NCBI GenBank assembly: GCA_030141605.1
Contig: JAQGDQ010001157.1
Coordinates: forward strand, 1-58,933
Origin: Tubiluchus corallicola
Lineage: Eukaryota; Animalia; Priapulida
DNA: 58,933 nt
Direction of reading: 5' to 3'
Shown: piece by piece, positions 36,650-49,900 of the stretch
Position numbering within the stretch: the stretch's first letter is position 1
Layout: the number at the start of each line of letters is the position of its first letter
Notes under the pieces: model-generated
The model's database searches: none
Seen by the model: only the letters and a program-made list of their open reading frames with translations
What the model was told of the DNA's origin: nothing
Program-made: the position numbers and the translations under genes

Positions 36650-37904
36650 ATGGTGTCGAAAGTCGACGACAGGCCGTTGCCACTGTTCGTGTTTGTTGGC
36701 AGTTGTCTGGTTTTCTTCGCTAGTATTCTGATTCTCATATCGTTCTGTAGTCCAAACTGGGTGGAACGAGATAAGCGAACGCTGAACGAGTTCGTGAAGA
36801 TTGGACTGTGGGAGGTTTGCTTCGACAACTACAGGCACCCAAAGTACCAGTACGACAGAATTTTCACGGGGTGTAAATGGATTTTCCACAGAGACATGTA
36901 CATCATTAGAAAGTACTTAGAACCAGGTATGTTCATTTATATAATGTTCACTTGCTGTTGTTGTATTTTTGTTTTTTGTATTTATGGACGTTTATGTATT
37001 TTTTAATAGTTGTGTTCTGCTGTCATTAGCGTCTTTTTGTTTACTGTCTTTCTGAGAAGGGTGGTTGACTCGATAACCTTTGCTTTGTCGCCACCCTTTC
37101 TCCCATGTTCGTTTGTAAAATTGTGTATTTTATTGTCAAATTATTGTAAATTTATGGAGAAAAATAAAAAAGTTACTCATTTACTTATTTATACAAACAA
37201 AACTGTGCTTAGTTTCAATCGACAATCTAAGGATTTATCGGTTTACCACAAGCTTTGCATAAGCCTATCCTTTGTGTGCTTTGTATGCTAGCCGTCAGTG
37301 ACCATGCAAACTGTTAAATCGCCATTTTTGGGGGAAACAGCTACTCGAGCCTACATACATCTTGCACTAAGATTTTACTAGTGTATAAACTATGCCAGCT
37401 GCATCACTGTGTTATAGTTTAACACTAGCAGTAATCTTCATTAGGCAATAGGCCCAATTAGAAATTAAGAGTTAATTGACTATACTACAGTGGTGCTGCA
37501 ATGGCTGTATATTAAAAGCCAGATGCAAGTACTTGTTTAAAAGATTTAGGTGTATCCATTGCCTCCACGGAACACTGAACTGCTTTTTCTGTGTTGTGCT
37601 GTTTGTTGCTATTTTATAAGTTAACTTGTATAATAGTGTAGGCTTTGTGGCACATTTTGTGGAGGTCTATTATTGGTCATAAGCTGCTTAATCTTTTTTT
37701 ATACAGTTTGTAAAATATATTGTCATATCAGTCCTAATAGCCTCATACTAAATTATGTTGTTGTTATCTGTCCTGTATTTAGTGTAAAAGGTGATAAATA
37801 AATGACTTACTTACTTACTTACCCATGCAGTGATTACCAACTTACATTTAGTATTGTGAAACACAAAGTTTTACTGAGAGCAAAACATCAGGTACACATA
37901 TATA

Positions 37905-37935
<31 letters not shown>

Positions 37936-40900
37936 CTTTATTTAAAGTCGGCTTTAGGGTCAACAATTAACATTAGCTCAAAGAGCTATTATCGCCGACT
38001 GTGAATAACAACCTACAACTACATAACAGAGACTATTATTACCCCACTTTTACCCTTAATACCACGCATCAGGTAGGGCAACAGCAGGTACCACTTTTAA
38101 AGTCTTTGGTATGACTCGGCCACTGGTTCGAACTCACGACCTCCCAGGTGGAAAGCAGATGCATTACCACTAGACTAAACCGTCTGGTCTGAACTTTCTT
38201 CTCTAGTAAAGTGCTCACTGAGCACTTAGATGAGAATAAAATGTAAATGTTGGCGCATGTGCTTAGGCAGCAAATTTGAAAAAGGAACCCAACAATCACT
38301 AGTGAGACGAGAACCTCTTGCCACTATGGTGTACCTCCATAATGAAAACATGAAAACTCGCATTATTTACCTGCTATGGTTACTCAGTGCATTCCTGCAA
38401 AGTGCTTACATTTGCTACACAGGCAGCAACAAGTTTAAACTGAAACCACAGCAAATTCACTGTCTCTATCTGGGTCAGTTTTCAAAAGTGTCAACAGCCT
38501 ATAATTGTGAGCTGTGATAGCTAATGTTAGTGGGACTAATTTAAACATAATTTATTATAGGATTGGATCAAACAGTTTGAACAACATGATTTAGGATCCT
38601 CACCACAACAGACTTTATACACTGTTTACAAAAACATTTACAGTAAGAATAGACTATAACTACACAAGCTGACAAGTTTTACTGCAAGATTACAATAGAC
38701 ATTAGTAGAAAATGACGGTTAGAAAATATTAATGTACGAATATTTAAGACTGATGCATTTTATATCAGATAGAAACTACTAGAAGCGTTTAGTACGTAAT
38801 ATAAGGTCATGTACACATTGGAACATTTTACAGTTAGTAACATAGTTAAATTCATCTTTTCCGAATAATAACAACTTCAACAGATCATTAGTTCCTAAGG
38901 CAGCTATATTAAGGTTTTCAGGCAGAAGTATTTCATTTAATTTATCAAACATAACAACCCTAGTTTGTTGATACAATGGGTAGTGCAACAAAAAGTGTTC
39001 AACAGACTCAAATCCAAATCCACAGTTACAATTCGGCAATATTGGATGACCGTTATTATCATTACAGCCTTTAGAGAAAAAGTCATAGTTTAGCTGAGAA
39101 AATCCGATTCGTTAATGTTATGTTAGTGGGACTATATTGTATCTTACCTAGGCTTGGTAATATTAATCTATAAAGAGCTACACTGTTTTTATTTGTTCCA
39201 ATTTATCAATTTTGCAGGTTGGTTTAAAGCAGTACAGGTTTTCATGACGTTTGGATTTCTTGGAATACTGGCTGCAGCTGGACTTACTATTGCCTTTGTC
39301 CTACAATACGGCTTCAAGAAGAAAGTCTTGATGTACAAGGTACAATCATTGCTACTTGCCATAACAGGTAATCGAGAAATCACACTTTACAGTAATGTTT
39401 AAATGCCAAAATATGAATTAGATAAAATTCGATAACTGTTCTTGCATTGCTGACCAGAATTGATGTCGTGCACAACTAATCTTAAAAGGTCTAAGATTTT
39501 AAGGTTTAAAAAAGCATGACGCGAGTAAGTAGAGTTCCTTCAAACTACTTTGGTAAGCACCCCGAACCTGTGGCGCTTAAAAATTAGTCCTGTTCAATTA
39601 AACCGAAGAGTGTCCTACAGTAGCATACAGATGATCTGAGACAAATTGTAGAAAAAGTATTAACACATAAAAGAGAAATAGTAGATCATCAACATAAAAA
39701 AAGGAAAGTGAAAAGGACTGAATAGAATACCAACAGAATGAAAGACTTGCTCATCATTATTCGAATGAACGTCTCAGTGATAAAACAGAACATATTAGAG
39801 TCATGATGACTCCAATATATTAGAGAGCTTGACTTTGAAGAGTTAGTTAGATTTCTGTAGATGAGAGGGCAGGAATTTTTGTTACTTCATTTACATGTTT
39901 AAAGAGGAATCTTGAAAATCCATTTTAGCGTACATTACCAAATACAAAAATTTGTTGAATCATGCTAATTCCTAATCATAACAGCAAGAACAGAAACCAC
40001 AAAGTTTTTCTCTGTGTTCCATATGAAACACATTTTCCCTTGAACTTTAGCTTCAGACGTTCAGTAAACAATAGTGATAGATATGCAGCATTGACCACAT
40101 GCTACGCCTAAAAATGGAAGTCATTTATAACGATAGTAATTTCACTTATTCTTTTGGTAGCTGGATGCATGGCTATTGCACTAATAACATTTGCTGTGAG
40201 AGGAGACGACAGAAACTGGATGCAACATCCATACATGAACCACTATTCCTGGTCATTTGCTCTAGCAGTCGTCGGAGGGGTTGTGGTGATCGGAGCAGCA
40301 GTCGTTTTCTGGCTTCAGGTAACACGTTTTTATGTTGACAATATGAAGGCATTTAATTAAATATGTTCAAATAACTGATGGTAACAATGACACAGAATAC
40401 AAAATACAGGCAATTCAAGAAAATATTCTTCTTCTTCTTCCCCGCTTTTTCAATGCGGGGTCGCCGTTGTGAATGAGTCTTCTCCACGCATTCCTGTTGT
40501 TGACCATCTCTTCATTTATGTTCTTCTCTCTAAGGTCTCCATTAATACATTCAATCCATCTCCTCTTCTTCTATTTCCCAGCAATTCCATTTCCATGACC
40601 TCCCTTCCCACATGATCTTCGCCGACTCTTCTTTTCAGGTGTCCATAACATCCTCATCTCCACCACATCCATTTTCTTCTCTTCGGTCTTCTTTAGAGAA
40701 GCTGCTTCCAGCCCATAGATTAGAGCGGGTCTGACCACTGCTTTGTGGAGACTCATTCATAAAAGGTTTTGGCGCAGTTTTTACAGGCGGATGCCCTTCC
40801 TGACCGTAACCCTCCGTATTTATCCGGGCTTGGGACCGGCACTGGGTTGGACTGGCTTGCCCCCCCCTCCCCCGTGGCTAGGTTGCAATTCAAGAAAACA

Positions 40901-41688
40901 TTGATGCTTCTAAATTCAAAGATCCAAATTATGAGAATGTGAGACAATGAAAAATAACCCAAATTGAACAAACAAATTAATTGAAACCAATTCTCATTAA
41001 ATAATAGACCACAGAGCTGAAGCGCTTCGCATTTGACACGAGACATGCACCATTCCAAACTGTAGAAAAATGATCATTCACGTGATATTAGTAAGTTTGT
41101 CAACAAATTCACTGTATCAAATTTACTTAATATAATATAATATAAAATTTAATATACTTCAGTGTACATGGCTGAGTGGCTACGTGTGTACGGCTTGCAT
41201 GACTACCTGGTTAAGATACTCGCTTTGAGAGGTTGCATTTCCTATATCGATTCTTGTTGTTTATCTCATCGTAGTAGGTTGTGTATATGTCTGAACACAA
41301 CTGAGATACCTCTTGTGGTTCACTGGCTCAGTTTAAAGCTTGCCTTGACAACGAGGCAGACTCGTACTGATCTTGAAACAAACATAACTGTTGCATTACA
41401 GCAACATAATTGAGTAAGCCATGGTGTTGAATAATGGATTACGGTTTATGTATATATATATATTGTAAAAATGTTTTACAGGCAAGAAGAACAGAAGAAG
41501 ATGAAAAACATCTGTTGTCATATCCGTCAAATGACTTTAGTCGACAGCAACAGCCACCATATTATGCGGGACAACCTCACCAAGCACCTTATTACCCGGG
41601 ACAGCCAACACAGGCACAACCACAGATGCAGCCGCCACCACAAAAAGCACCGTCAACTATAAGCAGTGCACACGATTCTACAGTGTAA
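36650..41688 (+). CDS. Invertebrate claudin-like protein 2 (kune-kune/sinuous/pickel-like), 263 aa
   Basis: Exons 36650-36926 (SFCSPNW...KIGLWEVCF...FTGCKWIF...YLEP), 39218-39367, 40161-40318 (RGDDRNWMQHPYMNHYSWSF), 41482-41688 (QPPYY...DSTV stop); GT-AG, phases 1,1,0. Confidence 0.93.
37334..37822 (+). mobile_element. LINE-type 3' stub with (TTAC)n tail; inverted near-identical copy at 49896-50375
   Basis: GAAACAGCTACTCGAGCCTACATACATC...GATAAATAAATGACTTACTTAC matches the reverse complement of 49896-50375. Confidence 0.8.
38040..38187 (-). mobile_element. tRNA-headed SINE fragment (Meta/MESC-like core)
   Basis: Minus strand: A box TAGTCTAGTGG, B box GAGTTCGAACC, then GAGTCATACCAAAGACTTTAAAAGTGGTACC; the core-family assignment is from memory. 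Confidence 0.7.
38539..39119 (-). mobile_element. 5'-truncated non-LTR LINE (ORF2 C-terminal zinc-knuckle region plus 3' UTR)
   Basis: CNCGFGFESVEHFLLHYP...LLFG...TKRF; 15-bp TSD ATGTTAGTGGGACTA (38524-38538, 39120-39134). Confidence 0.88.
40428..40884 (-). mobile_element. Internally deleted RTE element, copy 3 (different deletion pattern)
   Basis: TSD GCAATTCAAGAAAATATT / GCAATTCAAGAAAACATT; same ends as the other copies, but retains about 80 bp near 40523-40605 that they lack. Confidence 0.9.
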
Positions 41689-43074
41689 TTTAAACTCCAT
41701 CACATCACAAACCAACCACAGCACAAAGAAAGTAATGCACTGAGTTCAGACTAGGGAATTTGCTCACCGATAAACTCTCCAAGAAACTTGCAAGCGTGTG
41801 CAAAACTTGCACTCCAAACAGCAAGTGCGAAGTGACACACCCTTCACTATTGACACTGCTAGAACAGTCAAGATGCAATTGTGGAAGAACATGTCATAAC
41901 GTGCTTACAGTAACATGCAAGGCAGTTCACTCTCGAGAGTCTGCTGTCGGAAAAAACTCGCTAGTTTGAACACGCAATTAGTAAATCATTGTCTGGAACA
42001 TCAACTGCATTTTAGTAATCAGTTTATTTACTGCCAAAGAATGTATTTTATATCAAAACTCAATGTAATGAATAGAAACAAATTTCTTCAAAGTTTGGTA
42101 AAAAGCCCAGGGGAAATCGTAACTTTCATCTTTGAATATATAAATTTTGAATAGATAAATACATATTTATATATGAATATATAGATATGTAAACATTTCT
42201 CAAGTTTTAGTTTATAAGTTTATGCAACGTTAATTGAAAGAGTCCTCTGGTGCAGCTCCTGTCATTTAGAACTGCCTTTACAGATTGAAAAGACATAGGA
42301 GTGATGTGATGATGTAAACTTTCATTTCTACTTTTTTATACTTGCCATATATACAGCATAATACCAGTAACAATTGTATTTTGTAGTGAATAGGTAAACG
42401 TTGTAAATAATAATGAATTTTATGCATAATTTGTACATAGCCTTGAAGAATGGAATTTTTTTAGATGCATTTAATGACTGAGATAGTCATTTATACAAAA
42501 CGAAGGTGAATAGTAGTTTATATAATAGATTATATATTTTATATTTAATTGGACACTGTTCTTTGCTAGCGGCTGTCGTAAAATAAACTATATTAAAAAT
42601 GCAGTAATTTTCATCATAGGAAATATTTAACATCCTTTGACATTGTACACAGCACAGAAAAGCTGCTGCGAAAGTCATTTTAAAACAACTGCAATAAAAT
42701 TTGATTTTTTTTTTGTTATTTCTTTTTGGAATTTCATTTAACTGCACTAACTTAAGAAAATAATGTTTCTTTTTCATGGCCTTTATGGATATAATCTACT
42801 TCTTTGTAAATAAAATTTTTAATAAAAAATATGATCTTATTCTTTGACTTCATTTGTTTCATTTGTTCGTAGCTAATTGTGTTATTGCACCTGAGCACAG
42901 ATAAATAGTAAAAATAATAATAAATCTTCAACGTGTCTCGTACTAAGAGACAAGAGTACAATCATACCAAATGCTCAAATTAGACTTGGTAGCCATTTTG
43001 CAACTATGATGATCAATCACGTTTGAGCTCTCCAAGCTTTTAGAACAACAACGCAATTATTTTTTTAGGCTAAA

Positions 43075-43210
43075 GTTCACAATTCCCGAAACACAAGCAG
43101 TTAGCGACAGGATTAGGGTTAAGGTTTGAGTTAGGGTTAGGATTAAGGTTTGGGTTAAGGCTGTCGTGACGCTAAAGTTGTCGCTGGGGTGTTTTGGGGA
43201 GAGTCAACAA
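43075..43210. repeat. Small imperfect foldback element with a telomere-like (TTAGGG/TTAAGG) core
   Basis: GATTAGGGTTAAGGTTTGAGTTAGGGTTAGGATTAAGG flanked by CCCGAAACAC...AGCGACA and TGTCGCT...GTGTTTTGGG. Confidence 0.5.
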
Positions 43211-44114
43211 CTGACATTGGCAGAGTTATCAGACTGTTTTTGAAGTTGCGATGTTCATGTTAAACAGAGGAAATCACTGAATGAAAACATGGTTTAACTT
43301 TGCGATCTGCATTGTACTCAAAATCATAGTCAGTCCACATGTACACGAAAATGGTAAACATAATCAAGAGTAGTAAACAAAAGTTAAAGTAAATCCATCA
43401 GCCAATATAACATGGCACCTGAGTCTCAACGTTACAATAACCAAACCACTGTTTAAGCCTATTGATTGTCCTCCAATCTTGCTACCAAGTGTGAGAAACT
43501 ACTACATTCACAGAGAAGCCCAGTAACCCAGTTCCATACAAACATGCAGCAGTAGCAAGTACATACATATATTGGAAACTTCCAAGTGTACAAACAGCAC
43601 TGACTTAGTGGTAATGAAAAACTAAAGTTTAAAACTACAAATCAAAATTAATAATAAACTGTAAATTAAATGCTCGCATCTGTGACAAAGGCTAGGGTAG
43701 TTAAATTGTGTAGGGAGTTGTAAACTCCTTCCTTTTGCTTTAATTTAATTTTAGAATTTGGAATTTTATTTTTAATTCTCTACACGAGTACATAAAATTA
43801 TACCGAAATTACATAATAAAATACAAATACACACAAGCTGCAGATGAGTAAAAGCAGTAATAAGTGAAGTAAAATAAGAAAATTATAAATAAGAAAATAC
43901 AACAATATTGCAAGAAATTAGAATTCAAACTCATTTAATCCATTATCAACTTACTGCATGAATTTCAGTGACTGAAATGACACTAGAAAACCTCAGCACA
44001 AACCGCAGCATCTTTTATCCAAGACAGAACTACAAAAATTAACATATCTCATCAACCAAACCATCCTTACAGCCAATGTTGCAGGTACAAATGTTTTGGT
44101 CCATTGCCCCTTCT

Positions 44115-45077
44115 CAAGGTAGTATATGCATTAGAAGCCACAATATATTAGACTGTAGTTCAACAAGCTAGACTACTTTTTCCCAAGGTAGTATATGCAT
44201 TAGAAGCCACAATATATTAGACTGTAGTTCAACAAGCTAGACTACTTTTTCCCAAAGTAGTATATGCATTAGAAGCCACAATATATTAGACTGCAGTTCA
44301 ACAAGCTAGACTACTTTTTCCCAAGGTAGTATATGCATTAGAAGCCACAATATATTAGACTGCAGTTCAACAAGCTAGACTACTTTTTCCCAAGGTAGTA
44401 TATGCATTAGAAGCCACAATATATTAGACTGCAGTTCAACAAGCTAGACTACTTTTTCCCAAGGTAGTACATGCATTAGAAGCCACAATATATTAGACTG
44501 TAGTTCAACAAGCTAGACTACTTTTTCCCAAGGTAGTATATGCATTAGAAGCCACAATATATTAGACTGTAGTTCAACAAGCTAGACTACTTTTTCCCAA
44601 GGTAGTATATGCATTAGAAGCCACAATATATTAGACTGCAGTTCAACAAGCTAGACTACTTTTTCCCAAGGTAGTATATGCATTAGAAGCCACAATATAT
44701 TAGACTGTAGTTCAACAAGCTAGACTACTTTTTCCCAAGGTAGTATATGCATTAGAAGCCACAATATATTAGACTGTAGTTCAACAAGCTAGACTACTTT
44801 TTCCCAAAGTAGTATATGCATTAGAAGCCACAATATATTAGACTGCAGTTCAACAAGCTAGACTACTTTTTCCCAAGGTAGTATATGCATTAGAAGCCAC
44901 AATATATTACTGTAGTTCAACAAGCTAGACTACTTTTTCCCAAGGTAGTATATGCATTAGAAGCCACAATATATTAGACTGTAGTTCAACAAGCTAGACT
45001 ACTTTTTCCCAAGGTAGTCTATGCATTAGAAGCCACAATATATTAGATTGTAGTTCAACAAGCTAGACTACTTTTTC
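44115..45077. repeat. 69-bp minisatellite, 14 highly homogeneous units
   Basis: CAAGGTAGTATATGCATTAGAAGCCACAATATATTAGACTGTAGTTCAACAAGCTAGACTACTTTTTCC repeated. Confidence 0.97.
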
Positions 45078-46174
45078 TACTCTGACATTGTATAGGTGGA
45101 ACTTGTTATGTACACACGTCTCTGTTACATATAAAATTTGACTTATAATTATACTGCTACCTTTTACTGACATTCTGGCTTTTTCTCGACTCAATATTGG
45201 ACTAACAATGTATGTATGTATGTATGCTTTTGAGCTTTTTAGTGTAACGTAGTAATCTGTAGCACTTATTTTTCTAGCACTTATTTCAGTAGTTTTGTAG
45301 AGGTAGTAATTGTAGACTACAGAAAATTTGTATTTTGCAGAATAAACTAACATAGATATGGTAACGCAACATTGGTTTGAGCGTATACATTACAGCCAAT
45401 ACTTGTGGTTGAGAAAGGTACATGAAGAGAAATAAAACGGACACTAAACTGTTACTGGTTTCTATTAGTTCCCTGCAGTAGGTTTCACAATTATGGTGCC
45501 ACCTCTCACACATATAAACTAGCACTTCTATAGCGCAAACTCTACAGTTTATCTTTCTCAATTAATGTAAACTTTAATTTCAAAATTACCCTTTAATGAT
45601 AGAAAGAAACAAAATTAAAAATCTTAAGAGCAATTTTTCAATTCCTTTCAATTTTATCAATTTCATTATATAGAACTTGTATAGAACATATATAACTTCA
45701 ATATTTTAGCAGTTTTAGCACACCTAATACTTTCACATTGTCACATACATACGTTTATTATACAAGGTATAAGATTAAAATAAACAAAGTGGCATGTTTG
45801 CAAGGTACAGGAAATAGAATCAGTATAACAGTAAACAATCAGACTGAAATATGATCATATTTTTGTGATACACTAACTAGACAGTAGGAAATATGAAAAA
45901 CATAAAGCCGAGTTTGACTGAACCAGGAATCTTGCGACTGATAAGCCCAGTGCCACGAATAATGAGGCTGTTATGTCATGCATGGCATAGAACTTGTAAT
46001 TCAAAGGGTTGTAGTTCAAATCGGGGCTCATAACCTGCTTTTTCCCTTCTTTTTGGTCATAAATTTGGCTATAAAACTCTAATAATTATGAATTCAGTCA
46101 ACCATATGGGCTTTTCTCATTTTCCTTTCCTTAAAAAACTGCAAATGCATTTTTTTATGTTTTTCCTAAAAGAT

Positions 46175-46369
46175 TTCAATTCAATTTCAATTTATTTATC
46201 TGTTTATAGTGTTACAATAAAACATGATTAATAAAAGAATCGCTAATAAGTTTTGAAGAATGGTTAAAATGAATAGATAGATCTAGAACTAGAGAAAGGA
46301 TAGCGAAAAGACTATAAAGTCACCTAGTCTGCTATCCTTTACCGAATATAGGTGAAAAGATTTTTTAGA
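46175..46369 (-). mobile_element. LINE-type 3' stub, inverted copy of 18680-18920
   Basis: Reverse-complement match including the (TCAAT)n tail. Confidence 0.7.
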
Positions 46370-46968
46370 CACTGGTGGGCATTAATGTTATCAGTTTAAT
46401 TTACGAAACATTAGTGATTTTTAAAATTATGACATTTTCTATATAATCCAGAGAAAAGAATATACATGTAGTTTAATTAGCGGGCAACAAAATAAGGTCA
46501 ATCTTGATTAAACTAAATATAGCATTTAGATTTTATGTGAAATACAGGTCAAAATTGTTATGAAATGATAAAAACAGTTTGGGTTAATAATGATATTAAT
46601 CAAATATGTACCAGATCAAAGAGCAGGTACTAGATTCACTAAATGCACGCAGTCATAGAGCCCCCCGTGTATCGCGCATCGTTGCTACAGCATCAAACAT
46701 TAACATCAGATGCAGAAGCTACAAAGCAGCGCATCGCATACAACACACCCCTATGCAGGTGAAAATGATGGCGCGCTCCTCCACGCTCAGCTGCATCAGC
46801 AGTATTTGGAAGCAGAACCAGCGAACAACAGAAAACGAACGTTACCAACGCCAACTGTCGTGTGAGGCAATGAACAGCGAATACAGCAGTGACTACCACA
46901 CCTTTCAGAAGCAAGTGTGTGACAGATAAAAGAATCTGAGACAAGAGGAACTTTTTACACGAACAAAG

Positions 46969-49900
46969 ATGGCGCGAAACCATCGGGAAGACGAAAGACC
47001 TCTGCCTCTCTTCATCTTGCTAGGAAGTGGTCTGGTGTTCTTCTCCTGTGCTTTAATATTTATCTCATTCTGCAGCCCAAATTGGCTGGAGAAAGACAAA
47101 CGGACACCCAATCAGTTCATCAAAATTGGACTCTGGGAAGTTTGCTTTGATGGCTACAGACATCCCAAGTATCAGTATGATAGGATATTCACGGGCTGTA
47201 GATGGATATTTCATCGAGATATGCGCATCATTAGAGAATATTTAGAACCGGGTGAGTTAACTATCTGCATCTTCATTTTACCTCAGATCATCAAAAATCG
47301 CTCTGATCATCAAAAAGTTTAATGACTCCATTATACATTCGCTTGCTTATGTCTCAGAATTATGCTTGTGTTATAAAGTATAGGTTTTACATGTCAAATG
47401 TAGACCTACGTTAACTCAAATGTAGACTTAGGTAATTCAAATGTGTCTTGGTAACGCAAATGTAGATTTAGGTAATTCAAATGTGTCTTGGTAACTCGAA
47501 TGTAGACTTAGGTAGTTCAAATGTGTTAACAATGGTTTTTTCCACAAATCTTAAGCGCTTTTGGTAAGTCAAATGTAGACACTTGTCAAGTCAAATGTGA
47601 CATTTGTATCTCAAATGTGGATTGGCGGTAAAGCTTAAGGATGTTAAATTTAATCTTTTTTAATTTCAATTTAATAATTGCTCCTAAGTTAAAATAACAA
47701 CGTTATAGGCCTACTAATAAATACACTATCTTTGGTTTATCTTTCTCTAATTTGCACTTAGATAACTTAATTATCAATTTATTCAAAGTAATGCATCTAC
47801 ATTTGACTTACCTAAGTCACATTTGAGTTACCAAAACACATTCGAAATTCCTATGTCTACATTTGACTTACCTAAGTCACATTTGAACTTTCCTGTGTCT
47901 ACATTTGACGTGTAAAACCTATATATTTCAGTTGCCATTGTTCTTATGTTTCTGTTGTCAGATTTTTATTTTCAGTTCTTGTTTGATTTTTTTTATTATG
48001 CACTTATTACTGTGTATGAATTGTATTAACACGTTATAAGCATATCAATTTAATGTCATTCGTAACAATTAAATCTTTATTATAAGCAGTACTAACACTA
48101 ATGCACTGTAGCCTGGCGGTTATAAAAATGTACATCACTAACCAAAGGGCAGCTGACTAGATGACCAATTGGTCTTTCGTTGCCCTTTCTTCACATTTTT
48201 GTTTCCAAAACTAGACAAAACTAGTACAAAAGGTATTGTATTATAACTGTGCATGTGATAAATAAAAAGATCATTATTATTATTATTATTATGGTATAGT
48301 AACATATTTATTTGCCATATTTATGTTGAGAATCATAAGTAAATTAATATAGCAGTTATGAGTTTCTCAGGTGTTCTGTACTTCAATTATGGCAAATATT
48401 GATGGCAAGAAAGTGGTATTTTAGTCTATTTTACCAGATGCCACATTTCTGTACGCATGAAATGCAGTTAAAACAGTATTAAAACATAGTAGCGTAGTAA
48501 CAGTGTAGTTACATAGTAACAGTGTAATTACATAGTAACAGTGTAGTTACATAGTAACAGTGTAGTTACATAGTAACAGTGTAGTTACATAGTAACAGTG
48601 TAGTTACATAGTAACAGTGTACTTACATAGCAACAGTGTAGCGTAGCCTCTGTTAGTTCACTAATAATTTCAGTAGATGACAATACTAGCATTTTAAACA
48701 TTATTGCAGTACAGTATTCAATGACATCTGTTAAATAGTAAGGAAAGAACTAGGTGGATCTTTCAAATTTTGTAGCTTCATCGTGATTTTTAACGTCATG
48801 CTTATCAATCACACTAGCAGTTGTGATTTACAAAAAATTACAAACTAAACTATCGTCATAATTTACTAAGATAATGACACTCCACTCGTAATGTTTATTT
48901 TAGGAACTAATATAGTATTGTGGAATAGGAAAGGTCCAAAAGCAAACGTTATGCAATTATGTCAAACAGTGTTTTATGGTAACTTGATTATGACAAAACA
49001 ACTTATTTCGAGGTTGTCATTTTAACTAAGTCACAAATGGCTTTTTTACAAAACGCATTAATTTTGCTTGCTAACATGCAGACACTTTCAGAGAACATTT
49101 TGCTGAAGTTGCTAGAGGAACCAAATCCCCAGCTACTAAACATACATGACCTGCCTAATTAATTCATCCTCCCCTCATCAAATGCATGTACACAACTGAG
49201 TTGTTGACTGTACACAGGCCGTTTAACCCTTTGCTAGGCTATATCTTTGTCCTGATTGACGAATGCTTTGTCAGCAATAAAAGGGTCATTAACTGTAGCA
49301 GGCTGTATGCGAAAGTTTACCTGTAAGGCAGAAAGGTAAACAGGTTTTATAAAGATGAGAAAAGCTATACAAAAATTGATTGCATTTAAATTGAACTCTG
49401 CATTTTTATATTAATAAAGAGGCCTACAGCTTGGATCAACTAACCCAATTTCAGAAAATCTAGGAATTGGGTTTTCAAGCAATAAATAAGTTATAGTAAC
49501 AAATAATATAATTTGAAATAGCAGCATTTTAATGAAGCAAGAAGAATTCGTTTGTCATAAACAACAAAACTGCGTAGATCAATCAATCAATCAACTTATT
49601 TCACTCCAGCAATACATATACAATACATCAACATACAATATTATTGAAAAAAAGAAACAGTATAGGTAAAAAAACGTTGATGAAGTCAAATTAACCAAAT
49701 AAGAGAGATAGCAGTGTTACGGTGGGATTCTATTGTTTGTTTGTATTTGTAAACACCATTCCCACTCAAAAGTGTGAGTCCACTTGCTAATTAAAGGACA
49801 GTAATATACACTTGAAAATTGCACAGGTGGAATTAGTAAAACTACTCAACAATCTTGGTATGTGGAAATCTACCATGCTTAAACATAATAGTAACTAAGT

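Noticed and set aside
35304-37006. Antisense and alternate-frame ORFs overlapping the dehydrogenase-RING and claudin exons
   Set aside because: Shadows of real coding sequence with no independent motifs.
38100-38187. tRNA gene on the minus strand
   Set aside because: A and B boxes are present but there is no acceptor stem pairing, and it runs into a SINE core.
43110-43160. Interstitial telomere
   Set aside because: Only a few degenerate units inside a small foldback element.
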